Below, piece by piece: positions 60,481-64,000 of a DNA stretch of 64,000 nucleotides (position 1 is the stretch's first letter; each line of letters begins with the position of its first letter). Below the pieces are notes generated by a model. The model had not been told where the DNA came from. It ran no database searches and saw only the letters and a program-made list of their open reading frames with translations. The position numbers and the translations under genes are program-made. This DNA is from Candidatus Poribacteria bacterium (GTDB taxonomy: Bacteria > Poribacteria > WGA-4E > PCPOR2b). Where the stretch lies: the NCBI GenBank assembly GCA_965218095.1, contig OZ244587.1:1920001-1984000 (forward strand). The letters run 5' to 3'.

Positions 60481-61482
60481 ATGGATGAAGGAATCGTTAT
60501 CAAAGCACACGGCGGGGTTTATGATGTTCAGGTCGAGGTTCAGCTTTATCACTGCTCATTGAGACATCATATTATCGAAGAAGATAAACGGCGGCGCGCG
60601 GAAACGAAGGAAGCGCCTTACGTCGATCTCGTTTCTGTCGGCGACCGGGTGTCGATCTCTCAGTCGCAGTCTGAATCTGATGTCGGTTATATTGAAGAAA
60701 TTCTCCCCCGTCAGACGCAATTTGGACGGACGCGGTTGGGCAAATTGCCACAGGTTATTGTGGTGAATCTCGATCTATTACTGATTATCTTTGCGGCGCG
60801 AAATCCCCAACTCAAATTACGGCTGTTGGATCGATTCCTCGTGACAGCAGAGGCATCAGGGATGTTACCGGTGATCTGTATCAACAAGATAGATCTGGTT
60901 AAACTGGAAAAGTTAAAAGCGCAGATGGCACTCTACGAGGTAATTGGTTATCACGTGATTTATACAAGTGTCATGACCGGCGCTGGAATCGACGAGATGC
61001 GTGCAGTGATGAAGGATAAAATCTCCGCCATTGTCGGATCTTCTGGTGTCGGAAAATCGTCGCTGCTCAACGTCATTCAGCCGGGCTTACGGTTGCGCAT
61101 TGGTGAGGTCGATGAGCGAATGCACAAAGGACGACACATAACAACGGAGGTCTCCCTCTTGCCGCTCCATTTCGGTGGATTCGTCGCAGACACACCGGGC
61201 ATCCGCACGCTTGGTTTGCTCGAAATTGATGAGGAGCAAGGGCTAGACATCTATTTCCCCGAAATGCGTCCCTATATTCCTGAATGCAAGTTTGCAGCGT
61301 GTACACATCATCATGAACCGGGGTGTGCAGTTAAACGTGCCGTAGCGCAGGGGGAAATTAGCGAGATGCGATACGACAGCTACGCGCGAATATCGGGCTC
61401 TAAGGAAGGAAGGTTTGAACGCGGCGCACCAAAGAAGGAACCGAGACGTTATGAGAGGAGGCATAAACGTGCGAAGAGATAA
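60481..61482 (+). CDS. rsgA: Ribosome small subunit-dependent GTPase
   Basis: VGDRV, NKIDL, GSSGVGKSS, DTPGIR, CKFAACTH..EPGC. Confidence 0.95.
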   Translation: MDEGIVIKAHGGVYDVQVEVQLYHCSLRHHIIEEDKRRRAETKEAPYVDLVSVGDRVSISQSQSESDVGYIEEILPRQTQFGRTRLGKLPQVIVVNLDLLLIIFAARNPQLKLRLLDRFLVTAEASGMLPVICINKIDLVKLEKLKAQMALYEVIGYHVIYTSVMTGAGIDEMRAVMKDKISAIVGSSGVGKSSLLNVIQPGLRLRIGEVDERMHKGRHITTEVSLLPLHFGGFVADTPGIRTLGLLEIDEEQGLDIYFPEMRPYIPECKFAACTHHHEPGCAVKRAVAQGEISEMRYDSYARISGSKEGRFERGAPKKEPRRYERRHKRAKR

Positions 61483-62305
61483 TGGACATCAAGTGATTGA
61501 AAGATTGAGGAAAATTATTGAGAAGAACGAGCAGAAGCTCGCATATTTTCAGAATCGGTTGAAGCAGGCTCAGTTCATTGATCGGCCGAACCGGCGCATG
61601 ATTGACGTGGCAGAAGGACAGACGAGCTCATATACTGACCAATTGGGCGCCTTATATAACGAACTGCGTGAGTTGGAACGGCTTTACGGGGGCGGCATAA
61701 AATTAAGAACGACGGAGGAACAGGATTTGCGGCAAACCTGGCGTTGGACAAATGAACCCGCGCTTCGCGAGCTCTTGCACGCTGAACCGATGTCATTCCA
61801 GGCTTACGTTGACAATTGGCATCGTTGGCTTGCTGACGAAGACATACATCCCTTCTCAATCGATTTGGCAAATGGTGAACTGATTGGCTTTATGCTGATT
61901 AAATGCACCGGCAGGGCGTGGGAAGCTCGCCACGCCTCACTTGAGTTTATCGTTATCCGCCCCGATTGCCGTTATCGTGGGTATGGCACGGAAGCAATGA
62001 AGCAGGCAATTGACTCCGCTTTTGAACATCTGAGTGTAGACACCTTCGGGCTTCGGGTCGATGCCGACAGTTATGGGGCCGTTCTGTGTTTCGAGAGAAG
62101 TGGATTGCAGTGTATTGATCGGGAACATTACACGGACTTAGAGCGCTATCGGATGGAGATACGCCGCGAAGTGTGGGAAGGCACAGATGCCCCTTCCACC
62201 GGATTCATACAAGAACACGAAGATAGTGCTGCTTCTGCGGAATCAAGTCCCTATCTCACCGCCAAGCTGCTGGCGCCGTTAAAAGAGCTCGTTTCAAACC
62301 ACTAG
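61469..62305 (+). CDS. GNAT (RimJ/RimL-like) acetyltransferase with N-terminal coiled coil
   Basis: GTG start after GGAGG; R.RGYGTEA acetyl-CoA motif; overlaps the rsgA stop. Confidence 0.8.
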   Translation: MRRDNGHQVIERLRKIIEKNEQKLAYFQNRLKQAQFIDRPNRRMIDVAEGQTSSYTDQLGALYNELRELERLYGGGIKLRTTEEQDLRQTWRWTNEPALRELLHAEPMSFQAYVDNWHRWLADEDIHPFSIDLANGELIGFMLIKCTGRAWEARHASLEFIVIRPDCRYRGYGTEAMKQAIDSAFEHLSVDTFGLRVDADSYGAVLCFERSGLQCIDREHYTDLERYRMEIRREVWEGTDAPSTGFIQEHEDSAASAESSPYLTAKLLAPLKELVSNH

Positions 62306-62400
62306 GCGTGAAACGTGAAAATCGGAAACCAGAAAGCTGATTTTTCGTTTTTACGGTTTACGTCTCACAATTCAATCCGAAATCGAATGAGGAGTCGTTG

Positions 62401-62811
62401 ATGAATAAAATCACCAAAGTTGCATTGGTCGGCGTCACACATCCCCACTCGACATCACACTTGAAAACACTCAACTAGATCGATCAGGTCACTGCTATCC
62501 CTGTCTTTGATTTAGATCCCGCTGCGCTCCGAGATTTTCGGGAGCAGGTTGACGGAAGGAAGCTGGAGGAGGATTATACAGACCTTGACGCGTTGCTGGA
62601 GCGTGATGATGTGCCGGTGGTGTTTGTCTATAAAGCCGGTCGCACGGCGCGCAAAGAAACTTGAGCCGGCACTGGCAGCTATGGAGAAAGCGGGCGTCAA
62701 GCTCACTGTATGCTTCTAAAATCGATACCATCCCATTTCACAGGGAATTCACAGGCTCGTAGGAGACGGTATCTTGGGACAGCCGATGAGAGCCAAATTT
62801 TTTACTCCTAT
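62401..62811 (+). pseudogene. Gfo/Idh/MocA oxidoreductase remnant
   Basis: MNKITKVALVGVTHPH...LN*(TAG 62476)...YTDLDALLERDDVPVVFV; then the frame breaks and IS5 follows. Confidence 0.7.
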
Positions 62812-62813
62812 TA

Positions 62814-63634
62814 GGTTCTGTTGACATTTCAAGGGAGCCATATAAGAAGTGGAGACAAAGCTGAGAAATCCAAAATAACGGATAGCTAACTTCTCGAACC
62901 GAGAGAAGATGCGGCGATACCATTTTATCTTGTTAATGAAACATTCAACCAGATGTCCCTCTTTGTACAGATGTTTGTCGTAATCTCTTTGATCCACACG
63001 ATGACTTTTTGGCGGTATCACCGCAATTGCTCCATTCGCCTCAATAACCGCGATAAAATTGTCGGAGTCATATCCCTTGTCTCCAATCACATACTCGCTT
63101 TTATATCCAAGTATCAACGCTTCTGCTTCCGCTATGTCGTTTCTTTGACCGGGCGTCAGATGTATTCTTAGGGGATTACCCAGGCCGTCAACGGTGATGT
63201 GAATTTTTGTACTGAATCCCCCGCGAGAGCAGCCTAACGCTTGGTTTTCAGTGCCACCCTTTTTTTTTCGGCACCCGCCGCACACGGGTGAGCGTGGCAG
63301 ATGGTACTGTCCACAATAAGCGACTCGATATCGGGGTCGGCGGCGAAGTGGGGGTGCATCTGTGTGAAGATACCTTTGTCGCACCACCGAGCAAAACGCT
63401 TATAGAGGGTGTTCGATTTACCATAGGTGTCTGGCAGAATCCGCCATTGAGCACCGCTACGGGTCGCCCAGAGAACAGCTTCGATAAAGCGGCGTGTTGT
63501 CGCTTCGTTGCCAACATAGATGGTGGGACAAGTTAGAAGAAACGAGTATATCTTTTTCCATTGGTCATCGGGTAAGGTTATTGGCATCATTCTTCTATTA
63601 TGCCACAACCTTATACTCAAATGTCAACAGAACC
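62814..63634 (-). mobile_element. IS5-family (IS427 group) element, two ORFs joined by frameshift
   Basis: Perfect 16-bp TIR GGTTCTGTTGACATTT, TA flanks, A9 slippery run near 63260-63268, 'GAQWRILP..YG', 'SRGGFSTKIH', 'GDKGYDSD'. Confidence 0.95.
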
Positions 63635-63840
63635 TAGTACAGTCCTACCTCTGATCTTACCCGAACGGTTCCAAATCCGTGAGCGTGTCACAACGGCGAC
63701 TCTGAGGTGATTATGGTCTGCCGCCACAGGCGGGGAAAAAGAACAGAAAAAGCCCTACCGACTGGAATCAGCAGGACTTTTTCTATAGAATCAAGATCGC
63801 TTCAGTTTGCCGCCAACGGCTGCGTCAGCCGTGATCTGAT

Positions 63841-64000
63841 TTACCGCTTCTCGTCGTCTTCATCTTCTTCAGAGTCTTCCTCGTCTTCATCAACCTCATC
63901 CACCTTCATCGTCACGTTCTGTTGAATGCCCACGCTTGTCCCGATACGACTCCGATTCGCGCTGAACCCGCTCTGAGTCGGGGAACCGTTCCCTCGCCCG
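63841..64000 (-). CDS. 3' end of a hypothetical protein with acidic tail (partial)
   Basis: Open frame to TAA at 63841: ...MKVDEVDEDEEDSEEDEDDEKR*. Confidence 0.55.
   Translation of the reverse strand, partial: GRGNGSPTQSGFSANRSRIGTSVGIQQNVTMKVDEVDEDEEDSEEDEDDEKR

Overview
A 64 kb bacterial chromosome segment, probably from a Candidatus Poribacteria-like organism. This is inferred from a WD40 protein ending in the 'LLQNYPNPFNPETWIPYQLA' domain and from the PhyH, aldo-keto reductase and Gfo/Idh/MocA genes. The region shows ongoing gene decay: several IS elements (DDE, IS3, IS701, IS630, IS5), a truncated group II intron, and many in-frame nonsense codons, frameshifts and deletions. The centre (about 19.8-43.2 kb) is a phosphate-regulon island. 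The sensor phoR and the envelope uptake genes (TonB receptor, lipoprotein, porin, aquaporin) are broken. pstSCA, two pstB genes, a PhoU-LMWPTP/ArsC fusion, phoB and a CHAD-ParA-VTC/CYTH-like module are intact. The most notable signals are: (1) a translationally coupled CHAD + ParA pair followed by a VTC-like protein, a candidate polyphosphate synthesis and granule-positioning system; (2) two PstB subunits whose degenerate ABC motifs are complementary; (3) a UGA-containing (UxxC) ArsC-like selenoprotein with a SECIS-like hairpin; (4) a group II intron fragment whose EBS1 exactly matches its insertion site in an IS701 gene; (5) an ~80-aa domain inserted in RpoN. Housekeeping genes include coaD, ftsB, dut-thyA-folA, nagA, ptsH-hprK-hpf-rpoN-lptBAC, rsgA and three tRNAs. 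All family calls come from motif recognition by eye; no database searches were run.
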